From positions 27,032,001 through 27,096,000 of the forward strand of contig OZ024760.1 of NCBI GenBank assembly GCA_964016885.1: 64,000 nt of DNA. The letters are read 5' to 3'. The DNA is from Eledone cirrhosa. Its lineage: Eukaryota. The stretch's first letter is position 1, and the number at the start of each line of letters is the position of its first letter. The translations under genes were made by a program, and so were the position numbers. Below the pieces are notes generated by a model. The model searched no databases. It was not told the DNA's origin and worked only from the letters and a program-made list of their open reading frames with translations. Below, piece after piece: positions 48,839-60,665 of the stretch.

Positions 48839-49496
48839 GTAAGACATACAGTGATGTTTTTACATTTTATTTGGTGTGGGGTGAGATGTGGGTGGGGGTG
48901 GGGGTTAGTGTGGGGGGTGAGGTTAGTGTGTGGGGCTGGGGGTTGGTGTGTAGGTGTGGAGGGAGGTTAGTGTGATGTGTGGATGTGTGGGTGGGGGTTG
49001 ATGTGTAGGTGTGGAGGGAGCTTAGTGTGCTGTATGGGTGTGTGGGGTGGAGTGGGGGGGTGCGTGTGGGTTGGTGAGGGAGTGGAGGGTTAGTGTGGGG
49101 GTGTGAGGTTAGTGTGTGGGGCTGGCGGTTGGTGTGTAGGTGTGGAGGGAGGTTAGTGTGATGTGTGGATGTGTGGGGTGGGGGTTGATGTGTAGGTGTG
49201 GAGGGAGGTTAGTGTGCTGTATGGGGGTGTGGGGTGGAGTGGGGGGTGTGTGGGGGTTGGTGAGGGAGTGGGGGGAGTGGGGGGGAGTGAAGGTAGTGTG
49301 TGGGGTGTGTGGGGGTTAGTGTATACGGTGGGTTAATGTATGGGTGGGGGGTTGGGTGCATAGTGGTGTGGGTGAGGGGGTTTGTGTGGTTGGATGGGTG
49401 TGTCGGTGTATAAATAAATCTGGCTGTCTGGGCATGTCTTTGTATTGTTTCTTTGGTCTGATCTAATGATTAGCTTCTTTTTTCTGCCAGGAATTG

Positions 49497-49760
49497 TGAT
49501 TGACAGATAGTATCAGTAATGGAAAGACCAATGGAAACATTGTCTCCCTGGTCAGATCTGACAATCTACAGATAGTATCAGTAATGGAAAGACCAATGGA
49601 AACATTGTTTCCTTGGCCTGATCTGACAATCTACAGGTAGTATCAGTAATGGAAAGACCAATGGAAACATTGTCTCCCTGGTCAGATCTGACAATCTACA
49701 GATAGTATCAGTAATGGAAAGACCAATGGAAACATTCTTTCCTTGGTCAGATCTGACAAT
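49497..49760. repeat. 65-bp tandem repeat (4 units)
   Basis: gatagtatcagtaatggaaagaccaatggaaacattg... repeated. Confidence 0.9.
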
Positions 49761-49820
49761 CAGCTTCTTTCCTCTTTATTTCTTAATAAAAATGTCTCTT
49801 CTCTACCCCCTATATTTCAG

Positions 49821-49985
49821 ATCAAGTTATCACTGCTTGGCACCAGCATTCTGGTATGACGAAAAGTAATGAAAGAGAAAGAGCCAGAGATGTTCTTTTG
49901 AAACAACACAAACACTTGTATTCCAAGAGACGTTACAAAGGAAACCTCGAGAAAATCCGCTCCGTTCGGAGTTTTTACGACTTGC
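49821..49985 (+). CDS. SLC4: SLC4 exon (DQVITAW...RARDVLLKQHKH...IRSVRSFYDL)
   Basis: tttcag acceptor, c|gtatgt donor, phase 1-1; 'LLK.H.H' motif. Confidence 0.88.
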
Positions 49986-50622
49986 GTATGTATTGTTATT
50001 GTTATAACTATTGATAGTTTAACCCTTTAACCCTTGAGCATTTAAACCGTTCATAACCAGTCAGAATTCTCTCACCTCTTTCTGTGAAACTAGCTGTAAC
50101 CGGTCAGAATTCTCTCATCTCTTTCTGTTAAACTAGCTGTAACCGGTCAGAAATCTCTCACCTCTTTCTGTTAAACTAGCTGTAACCGGCCAGAATTCTC
50201 TCACCTCTTTCTGTTCAAACTGGCTATAACTGGTCAGAATTCTCTCACCTCTTACTCTTCAAACTGGCTATAACTGGTCAGAATTCTCTCACCTCTTTCT
50301 CTTCAAACTGGCCATAACTGGCCCCTCATACTGATGTTAAGGTATTGTTCACAAAATAAATAACATAATCTCATAGATTTTATTTTATGTGAGATAAAGC
50401 CTTTACCACAAAAATACATTAGTAAATATACCTTAACATCAGTATGAGTGGCCAATTATGGCCAGTTTAAACAGAAAGAGGTGAGAGAATTCTGGCCGGA
50501 TATAGCAGGTTTAAATGCTAAAGGGTTAAATAACCTTAACATTAAATTATAGATATATGTCTGTAGTTTTTCAATTACCTAAGAGGAATTAAATTCTTGT
50601 TAAATTGTGATTTTTATTTCAG

Positions 50623-50741
50623 ATCATGGTCATTCTCAAGTGGATTCCAAAAGTTTGGACAACTTAAAGTCTGTTAACAGCAACAACAGTTTAGACAGCG
50701 GTGTGACTAGTGCTGATTCTGGTGAATTGCATCCAAGCAAG
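50623..50741 (+). CDS. SLC4: SLC4 exon (HHGHSQVDSK...GELHPSK), variable linker
   Basis: tttcag acceptor, aag|gtaaga donor; phase 1-0 exactly bridges the neighbouring exons. Confidence 0.8.
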
Positions 50742-51493
50742 GTAAGAAACAATAGCATCATTTAACAAGGAAGGCTCTGTAAGCCACAGATGAGTCGGTC
50801 TGTTTAGGAGGATAATAGGTAGATATGGGGTCCATGAGCTAAAGAGAAGGCAGTCGGTAGTCACTCTGAATAAATAAAACATGTGGTGGACATTTGTTCC
50901 GTAAGTTATAATAAAGACAATGTCTTCTTTAACCATTTATCATTTAAATCAACCATAACTGGCCAGAATTCTCTCACCTCTTTCTATTCAAACTGGCTGT
51001 AACTGGCCACTCATACTGATGTTAAGGTATTGTTTTCAAAGTAATTAATATCAAAATCTCATAGATTCAATATTATGTGAGATAATTATGAGAGGTAAAG
51101 TGTTCACCGTGAAAATACAATAGCATATATAGAGTAATGTAAATGCTAGCCCGTTAGCATTTAAACCAGCCATATCTGGCCAGAATTCTCTCACCTTTTT
51201 CTGTTCAAACCGACTGTAGTCAACTTTGTTAAAAAAATATATCTTTTGTTGCATCACCAGTCTGAGGAGCAGATTGATACTGGAGTCAGGTCCATAACTC
51301 CTTGGGTCACCTTGAGCCAATCCTCTGTGAAACATATGTAACAGGTCAATACGCAATAAATATTTTTCATATGTAAACAAAACTTCCTCGTTCTTTCTAT
51401 TATATACACTCTGCCTATACATAGTGCTTGATTTGGTACCAACACCCATATTTCACTGTACTACCTACACTATATATATGATATACATTTCAG

Positions 51494-51739
51494 GGAAACC
51501 TACATTTTATGCGAAAAATACCCAAAGATGCTGAGGTAGCCAATATGATGGTTGGAGAATTGGAGTCTCTTTCGAGGCGTTATTTAGCATTTGTCCGACT
51601 ACAAAAGTCCCAAATTATTGGGGAGCTGACAGAGGTGACCCTACCAACGAAATTCCTCTTTATTTTGTTGTCTCCTGTTGGACATAAACACGAAGTGCAA
51701 GAGATGGGCAGAAGTATGTCTACCATGATGGTTGATGAG
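51494..51739 (+). CDS. SLC4: SLC4 exon (GNLHFMRKIPKDAE...FVRL...LTEVTLPTKFLFILL...EMGRSMSTMMVDE)
   Basis: tttcag acceptor, gag|gtaagg donor; conserved SLC4 N-terminal domain motifs. Confidence 0.95.
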
Positions 51740-52510
51740 GTAAGGCTTTTCTCTGTGTAAGGATGAGGGCCTGTAACTGGGGGTTGATGAGGTAAGGCTT
51801 TTCTCTGTGTAAGGATGAGAGCCCGTAACTGGGGGTTGATGAGGTAAGGCTTTTCTCTGTGTGAGGATGAGGGCCTGTAACTGGGGGTTGATGAGGTAAG
51901 GCTTTTCTCTGTGTAAGGATGAGAGCTCGTAACTGGGGGTTGATGAGGTAAGGCTTTTCTCTGTGTAAGGATGAGGGCCTGTAACTGGGGGTTGATGAGG
52001 TAAGGATTTTCTCTGTGTGAGGATGAGGGCCCGTAACTGGGGGTTGATGAGGTAAGGATTTTCTCTGTGTGAGGATGAGGGCCTGTAACTGGGGGTTGAT
52101 GAGGTAAGGCTTTTCTCTGTGTAAGGATGAGGGCCTGTAACTGGGGGTTGATGAGGTAAGGATTTTCTCTGTGTGAGGATGAGGGCCTGTAACTGGGGGT
52201 TGATGAGGTAAGGCTTTTCTCTGTGTGAGGATGAGGGACTGTAACTGGGGGTTGATGAGGTAAGGCTTTTCTCTGTGTGAGGATGAGAGCCCGTAACTGG
52301 GGGTTGATGAGGTAATGCTTTTCTCTGTGTAAGGATGAGGGCCTGTAACTGGGGGTTGATGAGGTAAGGCTTTTCTCTGTGTGAGGATGAGGGCCCGTAA
52401 CTGGGGGTTGATGAGGTAAGGATTTTCTCTGTGTGAGGATGAGGGCCCGTAACTGGGGGTTGATGAGGTAAGGCTTTTCTCTGTGTGAGGATGAGGGCCC
52501 TTCACTGGGG
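51731..52510. repeat. 52-bp minisatellite (15 units) containing the exon end and splice donor
   Basis: gttgatgag|gtaaggcttttctctgtgtaaggatgagggcctgtaactgggg. Confidence 0.95.
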
Positions 52511-52789
52511 GTGGGGAATGAGGGGGGTGATTTCAGAACATTCTATGGAGCACTCTTTCACAAGGAAGACATTATTCATACTTTCTAGTCATTTTTTTTT
52601 TCAATCAATTAATTAATTATTGGAAATGCTATAGCAATCAACTATGGTTTGAAAAACTAGAAGAAAAATACATCAATAAATGTGGTTTTATTATCAGAAC
52701 TATTCGAATGTGAGTACATGTTTTTATTTCTCAACCTACTCATGTTCATGGAAGTAAATCCACATGCCACCTACGTAAATGAAATTTAA

Positions 52790-53023
52790 CCCTTTAGCAT
52801 TTAACCCTTTAATGTCAAATCGGCCAAAACCAGCCAGAATTCTCTACCTTTTTCTGTTGAAACTGGCTGTAACTGGTCACTCAAACTGATGTTAAGGTAT
52901 TGTTCTCAAAATAAATACTTTCAAAATCTCATAGATTCGATATTATGTGAGATAATTATGCGAGATAAAGCCTTTACCATGAAAATATAATAGTATATAT
53001 AGAGTAATGTAAATGCTAAAGGG
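52790..53023. mobile_element. piggyBac-type MITE (other copies 58134-58358, 50023-50525, 38755-40564, about 50935-51205)
   Basis: TTAA on both sides and perfect 14-bp TIR CCCTTTAGCATTTA/TAAATGCTAAAGGG. Confidence 0.82.
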
Positions 53024-53462
53024 TTAAATCGGCCATATCCAGCCAGAATTCTCTCATCACTTTCTGTTTAAACTGGCTGTAACTGGCCAGAATTCTCTCA
53101 CTTCTCTCTATTACTAGCTACTATACTGTGCATTAGATAATGTAGTCCTAGATACACTATGTCTGATAACCATTAATACTAACTACTATACTGTACATTA
53201 GACAATGTATGCTTCAATAACAGTGGGTAGGGATGTGATCCAGGGGCCAAGAATGCTGGAAGTCTGCACTGCTATGGGCTCTACCACAAACCTATCAGAG
53301 GCCTTTTATTATGGAGGGGTGAGAATGTTTGGGTTCCGGGATGTTATCTTGTGACCCCTTCACCCCCAGGAAGTGGATGTCTTTCTCTCCCTGCTTCTCC
53401 CTCTGCTCTCTCTCTCTCTGCTCTCTCTCTCTCTCTCTCTCCCTGCTCTCTCTCTCTCCCTG

Positions 53463-53493
<31 letters not shown>

Positions 53494-53521
53494 ACACAAT
53501 TACATCTCTATTTCTTGGTAG

Positions 53522-53668
53522 ATTTTCCGAGAAGTTGCCTACAAATGCCGTAACAAGTCTGAACTAGTTGCTGGTATTGAAGAATTTTTGGTCCAAGGTA
53601 CTGTACTTCCCCCAGGGGGATGGGATCCCAAGATCAGGATTGAACCCCCTTTGCGAGTACCTTCTCAG
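53522..53668 (+). CDS. SLC4: SLC4 exon (IFREVAYK...[22 protein letters not shown])
   Basis: tag acceptor after a (CT)n tract, cag|gtaagg donor; 'VLPPG.WDP.IRIEPP' motif. Confidence 0.95.
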
Positions 53669-53754
53669 GTAAGGAAACATTGCTTTATATATATATATAT
53701 GTGTGTGTATGTATGTATATATACGTCTATCTCTCTCTCTCTGTATATATATAT

Positions 53755-54085
53755 ATCATCATTTTTACGTCCACTTTTCCCTGCTTGCAAGGGTGGGACG
53801 GGAACTGATTCTGGCTTGATTTCTACAGCTGGATGCCCTTCCTAACACCAACCTCATTTACAGTGAGTGCTGGGTGCTTTTTTGCCGTGGCACCTCCACG
53901 TCCACTTTGCAGTGGAATGATAGGGACCCCACTCCCTATCATCTCATTTCTACAGCTGAATAAACTGGAGCAATGTGAAATAAAGTGTCTTGCTCAAGGA
54001 AACAACACATCACCCGGTCTGAGGATTGAACTCACAACCTTTCGATTGCAAGGCCAATGCTCTAACCACTAAGCCATGTGCCTCC
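53755..54085 (-). mobile_element. Second tRNA-derived SINE family with RTE-like 3' tail (other copies about 41158-41430 and 36828-37193, + strand)
   Basis: Head TGGCTTAGTGGTTAGAGC...GTGAGTTCAATCC; 3' part shared with the tail of the LINEs at 41798-44535. Confidence 0.72.
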
Positions 54086-54327
54086 ATTATATATATATAT
54101 ATTACATATATATATATATGTAAACCTTTATATGTAATAATCTCCCATTAGTTTGAGATACAAATTTGGCTGTATTGTGCTGTGCTTTCTAGCAAAAAGC
54201 CACCAGCCGTAAGCAACTACCACATCCCTTCCAACCTGACCGCGGCTACGTCACGATTCTTAGCCATTTTTGAATGAATTCTTGGCGCGATCACTTTGGA
54301 AAATTTAATGTCTAGATTAGAGCAAAA

Positions 54328-54400
54328 CTCCTGAAGAGTCCGATGCTCGAGTTTCCAAAGTTACTGGAAATCTCAAAATGCGGACGAAACCATGGTAGAG
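54328..54400 (+). ncRNA. Type I hammerhead ribozyme, intronic and sense to SLC4
   Basis: CUC-CUGAAGA-GUCCG..GAG UUUCCA/UGGAAA CUC..CGGAC-GAAAC CAUG GUA-GAG, then AATAAA; palindromic stem III, only 3-bp stem I. Confidence 0.78.
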
Positions 54401-54740
54401 GTAAATAAATGTTCTATTTTCTCCTAGTTTATTTTACACCTAATTCTGTTTAATTGACTATATCTGGGCGATTACGCTGTCAAAATATTCGATAAATATT
54501 CCGTCGCGGCCAACGCGAAGAGCTAGTTTCGGTTATTTGTTAGAGATTTCTTCATAGAAGCCTTATTCTTATAGCCTGGTCTATTCGATTTTTTATATAG
54601 TTAATTATGCTAATTGGGAGAGGAAATGGTATATATTTTATCTGGTGATTCTATAGACATGTTTTATGATATATATATATATATATATATTATTTATTTG
54701 TGAGTGTGTGTATGTAGGTGTGTATATGTATATTTTTCTA

Positions 54741-54784
<44 letters not shown>

Positions 54785-55508
54785 GTGTGTATAATTATTT
54801 TGTGTGTGTGTATATATATATATATATTTGTGTGTGTATATATATATATTTATTTGTGTGTATGTGCTTATATGCATATTTATGTGTATGTGTGTGCATA
54901 TGTATATATATATTTGTGTATATAGATATGTGTATATGTGTGCGTATATATATATTTGTATATACGTGTGTGCATATAGATATGTGTGTGTCGCTAAAGA
55001 GTTCGTTTTACAATAATTAGGTTCAAGGTTCAATCCTCACCCCTCAGACATCTTGGGCAAATGTCATTTAACATAGTTTCATTCGCAAGTCATGGGTTGA
55101 CCCATGAAGATAAGAAGACAGAGACTGTGTGGAAGCCTGTCAGATGGACTACTGTATCTGCTATTCAAAGGGACAGTCTTCTCTCACATTGTGATATGCT
55201 GAATCTCCCTGAGAATTATGCTTCTGTTGAATGCTCAGCCACTTACATGCTGATTTCAGGAGTAGGCTGTTCTATTGACCAACAGAGGTTCATCAAAGAA
55301 AATGTGTGTGAGTATATGTGTGTGTGTACATATGTGTGTGTGTTTATATATTTCTGTATACATATGTGTGTGTTTATATATTTGTGTTTATGTGCTTGTA
55401 TGTATATATATTTGTGTGTATGTATATGTTTGTGTATGTATAAATGTGTATATGTGTGTGTATATATATGTATGTGTATATATGTGTGTATGTGTATATA
55501 TGTGTATG

Positions 55509-55541
<33 letters not shown>

Positions 55542-55573
55542 ATATATGTGTGTGTGTGTGTGTGTATATATGT

Positions 55574-55607
<34 letters not shown>

Positions 55608-56162
55608 GTGTATGTATATATATATATATATGTGTGTGTGTATATATGTGTATGTATATATATACATGTGTGTGTGTATATATGTGTATGTATATATATA
55701 TATATATGTGTATGTGTATATATGTGTATGTATATATATATATGTTTATGTGTATATATGTGTATGTATATATATATATGTGTGTGTGTATATATGTGTA
55801 TGTATATATATATATATGTGTGTGTGTGTATGTATGTGTATGTATATATATATATATATATATATGTGTATGTGTATATATGTGTGTGTGTATATATGTG
55901 TATGTATATATGTGTGTGTGTATGTATATAGCCTTGTGCAAAAATAAAAACAATTATTATTATTACCGTGGATTGGCAGTATTGGTAGAGGGTCGAACGC
56001 CATGCCTGCAGCATAGTGTTACGGCCCTTTATGATCTGAGTTCAAATCCCGCCGAGGTTAACTTTGCCTTTCATCCTTACGGGGTCGATAAAATAAAGTA
56101 CCAGTAATGTACTGGGTAATTGCTGGCCTTGTGCCTAAAAATAGAAACAATTATTATTATTA

Positions 56163-56621
56163 TTAGGTGAAAAACTGCGTTTTTTCCAGCTTTTTAGGGT
56201 TTTTTTAGGCGTTTCGTCAGACCGATTTCCTTGAAATTGTAACTATGTATTATTCAGTCTCTTCTTCATACCATGAGCAAAGAAAATCCAAATTTTTTAT
56301 TGCCTAGGGCCTGCATTAGGGGAAAAATTTCATTTTTTTTCAGCTTTTTAGGGCTTTTTTGAGGCGTTACATCTAGCCGATTTTCCCGAAATTTCAAGGC
56401 ATATTATGCACATAAAAAAAATTCATTTTCTTGATCCCATTAGGTGAAAACCTGCCTTTTTCCTGCTTCATCGAGGAAAATCTTAGATTATCCAGCCATC
56501 AGAGTATTCGGTTTATTTTCTTTACATATTATCCAGGCATGCAGTTTTTCCATGATTAGGTCTGTTGGTGGCCTGCGTTCCAAAATACCTTATCCCATGC
56601 AACGCCGGGTACCACTGCTAG
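56163..56621 (+). mobile_element. 3' part of the same Helitron family
   Basis: High similarity to the reverse complement of 771-1170; ends ccgggtaccactgCTAG|T. Confidence 0.78.
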
Positions 56622-56973
56622 TTATTATTATTATTATTATCTTTTCCTTTCGTCCTTACAGGGTCGATAAAATAAAGTACCAGTAATGCACTGGGGTCGA
56701 TTTAATCGACTTCCTCCCCTCCCCTTCAATTGCTGGCCCTGTGCCTAAAGTAGAAACCATTATTATTACTATTATTATTCGGTAGAGGGTCGGACGCCAT
56801 GCTTTGACGCATAGAGTTACGGCCCTTGCCATTCTGAGTTCAAATCCCGCCGAGGTTAACTTTACCTTTCATCCTTATGGGGTCGATAAAATAAAGTACC
56901 AGTAATACACTGGGTAATTGCTGGCCTTGTGCCAAAAGTAGAAACAATTATTATTATTATTATTATAATACAG

Positions 56974-57065
56974 CAAATGCGCAGAAATTCCTCAGCTTCG
57001 TCCCTGAAAGATGTGGAGGAACCTGAAGAAGAGCATTTCGATCCAACTCTTGTAAGATCTGGCAT
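56974..57065 (+). CDS. SLC4: SLC4 exon (QMRRNSSAS...EEHFDPTLVRSG)
   Basis: cag acceptor, at|gtgagt donor; phase 0-2; 'L.RTG'-like motif preceding the FGGL exon. Confidence 0.85.
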
Positions 57066-57436
57066 GTGAGTTATCTTTTATTTATTTATTATTTGGTAGA
57101 GGGTTGGACACCATGCTTTGCAGCATAGAGTTACGCCCCTTTACGTTCTGAGTTCAAATCTCACCGAGGTTAACTTTGCCTTTCATCCTTACGGAGTCAA
57201 TAAAATAAAGCACCAGTTATGCACTGGGGGTAATTGCTAGCCTTGTGCCAAAAGTAGACCACTTTAGTTTTCTCCTTCTCCTCCACTTTCACTTCCTCCA
57301 TCCTCAAATTGCACATCAACAACTCCTAAATGCATCTGCCCCCCTCCCTCTCCCCCCTCCCCCACCATATTCCCAGCTCGACTCACATGGACAGGCATCC
57401 CCTTCCCCACCATATACACCCGCGGGTGCTACAACA

Positions 57437-57850
57437 AAGAGCACCCAGTCCACTCTGAATGGTAATAATGCTGGTGCCAGCTACAACAGCACCCAGTCCA
57501 CTCTGAACGGTAATAATGCTGGTGCCAGCCACAACAGCACCCAGTCCACTCTGAACGGTAATAATGCTGGTGCCAGCTACAACAGCACCCAGTCCACTCT
57601 GAATGGTAATAATGCTGGTGCCAGCCACAACAGCACCCAGTCCACTCTGAACAGTAATAATGCTGGTGCCAGCCACAACAGCACCCAGTCCACTCTGAAC
57701 AGTAATAATGCTGGTGCCAGCCACAACAGCACCCAGTCCACTCTGAACGGTAATAATGCTAGTGCCAGCCACAACAGCACTCAGTCTACTCTGAACGGTA
57801 ATAATGCTAGTGCCAGCTACAACAACAAAGAGCACCCAGTCCACTCTGTA
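57437..57850. repeat. 48-bp minisatellite (about 8.5 units)
   Basis: cagcacccagtccactctgaacggtaataatgctggtgccagccacaa. Confidence 0.92.
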
Positions 57851-57906
57851 CGGTGGTTTTAGTGGGGTTTTTTTTTTAATTCCATCTTTTTTTTGTGTTT
57901 CTGTAG

Positions 57907-58081
57907 GATATTTGGAGGGTTAGTAGCTGATCTAAAACGGAAAGCACCCTTTTACGCCAGTGATTTTAAAGACTCCCTCCACATCCAATGTTTGGCTTCA
58001 GTGATTTTCTTGTTTTTGGCAACATTTACCCAAAATGTGACTTTTGGCGGTATTCTTGGAGACAAAACCAATGGCTACATG
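57907..58081 (+). CDS. SLC4: SLC4 exon, TM1 (IFGGLVADLKRKAPFYASDFKD...NVTFGGILG)
   Basis: tgtag acceptor, atg|gtattg donor; conserved TM1 region. Confidence 0.95.
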
Positions 58082-58684
58082 GTATTGAAACCATTTCATA
58101 CAATTCCTTCATTTGTTTTTGTTTTAGTTTTAACCCTTTAGCATTTAAACTGTCCATATCCGGTCAGAATTTTTTCACCTCTTTCTGTTCAAACTGGTCA
58201 TATCTGGCTGCTCATACTTACGTTAAGGTATTTTTCTCAAAATAAATATCAAAATCTCGTAGATTCGATATTATGTAAAATAATTATGTGAGATAAAGTG
58301 TTTACCATGAAAATATAATATAGAATAATAGTAAAAATAGTAAATATTAACTAAAGGGTTAAACTAGAGTTTTTTTTAAAATCCTGACTGTTTTTTTAAA
58401 ATCATGATTTTAATATATTTTTAAATCCTGATTTTAATATTTTTTTAAATCCTGATTTTAATATTTTTTTAAATCCTGTTTTTAATATTTTTTTAAATCC
58501 TGTTTTTAATATTTTTTTAAATCTTGATTTTAATATTTTTTTAAAATCCAGATTAGTATACTTTTCTCCAATGTTCTATTTTCTTTTCTCATTTTTTATA
58601 TATTTATTTCTTTTGCTTTCTTCATCATTCATGGAAAAAATTAAATATAATAAATCTTACCTCTTTTTTTATCCCCTCCCCCAG

Positions 58685-58818
58685 GGGACAATGGAATGTA
58701 TTTTGACAGCTGCTCTCTCTGGTGTGGTATTTGCCTTATTATCAGGTCAGCCCTTAAATATACTAGGTAGCACAGGACCTATGTTGGTGCTCGAAACTAT
58801 TATTTACCAATTCTGTGT
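58685..58818 (+). CDS. SLC4: SLC4 exon, TM2-3 (GTMECILT...GQPLNILGSTGPMLVLE)
   Basis: cccag acceptor, gt|gtaagt donor; GQPL.ILGSTGP motif. Confidence 0.95.
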
Positions 58819-59608
58819 GTAAGTACACTTTTCTAGCTATCTGGTTTCATTTTTTAAAATATATTTCTTCTTTACTTTTCAATTCATTATCTATTGAAAA
58901 TTGGATTCATAGTTTGAATTTTGGGTGCAAATTTTCCATTCAAATCGTTAGTTCAAAGGTTTGGTTCAAATTTTCAGTTCAAATTGTTTTGTTGAAATTT
59001 TAGGGTTAATATTTTAGGTTTAAAGTTTAGAGATGCTACTAAAAGGGTTAGCATCAGAAAGAGCATCCAGTTATATATTATCTAAAAACATCCTACCCAA
59101 CCCATGTTAATATGGAAAAATGGGTGTAAAAACAACAATGATGATAATATATATAATATTATATAGTTCTCTACTATACATAGAACACTCTTCTTTCCTT
59201 TACCTTCCCTACGGAAATACATAACACACACACACACATATATATATTTCTGTTGCACTATCCAGCATTTTAAAATGCAACTCTCAATTAAATCGTACGA
59301 AACCATTTTGCTGGTTTGAGAGCTGATGATGAAATATGTGTGTGTGCAAACATGTCTTGTACATTGCATTTCTTTATTTCCTTCTTCCAGTCACTTCTGT
59401 GCACCACCACACTTCTCCTTGTCCTCCTCCTTCCAATCTTTTCTATATTTCATCTGCCTGTCACCCACCTTGTCGATTGTCTCTCTGTTGACCAAGTATG
59501 GTACTTTGTATGTTTGTTACCCACTTGGTGTTGAGTTCTAGTCCTATCCCCGACTTTGATAGTGACTGTAATATTTTTATTTATGGTCTTGCACTTATTG
59601 AAGTGTTT

Positions 59609-60630
59609 AGTTTTCACATTTCTTTAGCTTTCACATTTCTTTAGTTTGCACATTTCTTTACTTTGCACATTTCTTTAGTTTGCACATTTCTTTAGCTTTC
59701 ACATTTCTTTAGTTTGCACATTTCTTTACTTTGCACATTTCTTTACTTTGCACATTTCTTTAGTTTTCACATTTCTTTAGCTTTCACATTTCTTTAGTTT
59801 GCACATTTCTTTACTTTGCACATTTCTTTAGTTTTCACATTTCTTTAGCTTTCACATTTCTTTAGTTTGCGCATTTCTTTAGTTTGCACATTTCTTTACT
59901 TTGCACATTTCTTTAGTTTTCACATTTCTTTAGCTTTCACATTTCTTTAGTTTGCGCATTTCTTTAGTTTGCACATTTCTTTAGCTTTCACATTTCTTTA
60001 GTTTGCACATTTCTTTATTTTGCACATTTCTTTACTTTGCACATTTCTTTAGTTTGCGCATTTCTTTAGCTTTCACATTTCTTTAGCTTTCACATTTCTT
60101 TAGTTTGCACATTTTAGTTTTCAGATTTTAGCTTTCACACTTCTTTAGCTTTCTAGTTTCAATAGCTTTCATGTTTCTTTAGTTTTCACATTTCTTTAGT
60201 TTGCACATTTCTTTACTTTGCACATTTCTTTAGTTTTCACATTTCTTTAGCTTTCACATTTCTTTAGTTTGCGCATTTCTTTAGTTTGCACTTTTCTTTA
60301 GCTTTCACATTTCTTTAGTTTGCACATTTCTTTATTTTGCACATTTCTTTACTTTGCACATTTCTTTAGTTTGCGCATTTCTTTAGCTTTCACATTTCTT
60401 TAGCTTTCACATTTCTTTAGCTTTCACATTTCTTTAGCTTTCACATTTCTTTAGCTTTCACATTTCTTTAGCTTTCACATTTCTTTAGCTTTCACATTTC
60501 TTTAGCTTTCACATTTCTTTAGTTTGCACATTTTAGTTTTCAGATTTTAGCTTTCACACTTCTTTAGCTTTCTAGTTTCAATAGCTTTCACGTTTCTTTA
60601 GTTTTCACATTTCTTTAGCTTTCACGTTTC
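59609..60630. repeat. 17-bp minisatellite (about 60 units)
   Basis: cacatttctttagcttt / cacatttctttagtttg. Confidence 0.95.
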
Positions 60631-60665
60631 TCTTTTCTTTCTATTTTTTCTCCATTTCACTCTAG

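Noticed and set aside
57245-57862. 205-aa ORF with STQSTLNGNNAGASHN repeats
   Set aside because: Intronic 48-bp minisatellite; the flanking SLC4 exons already join in phase without it
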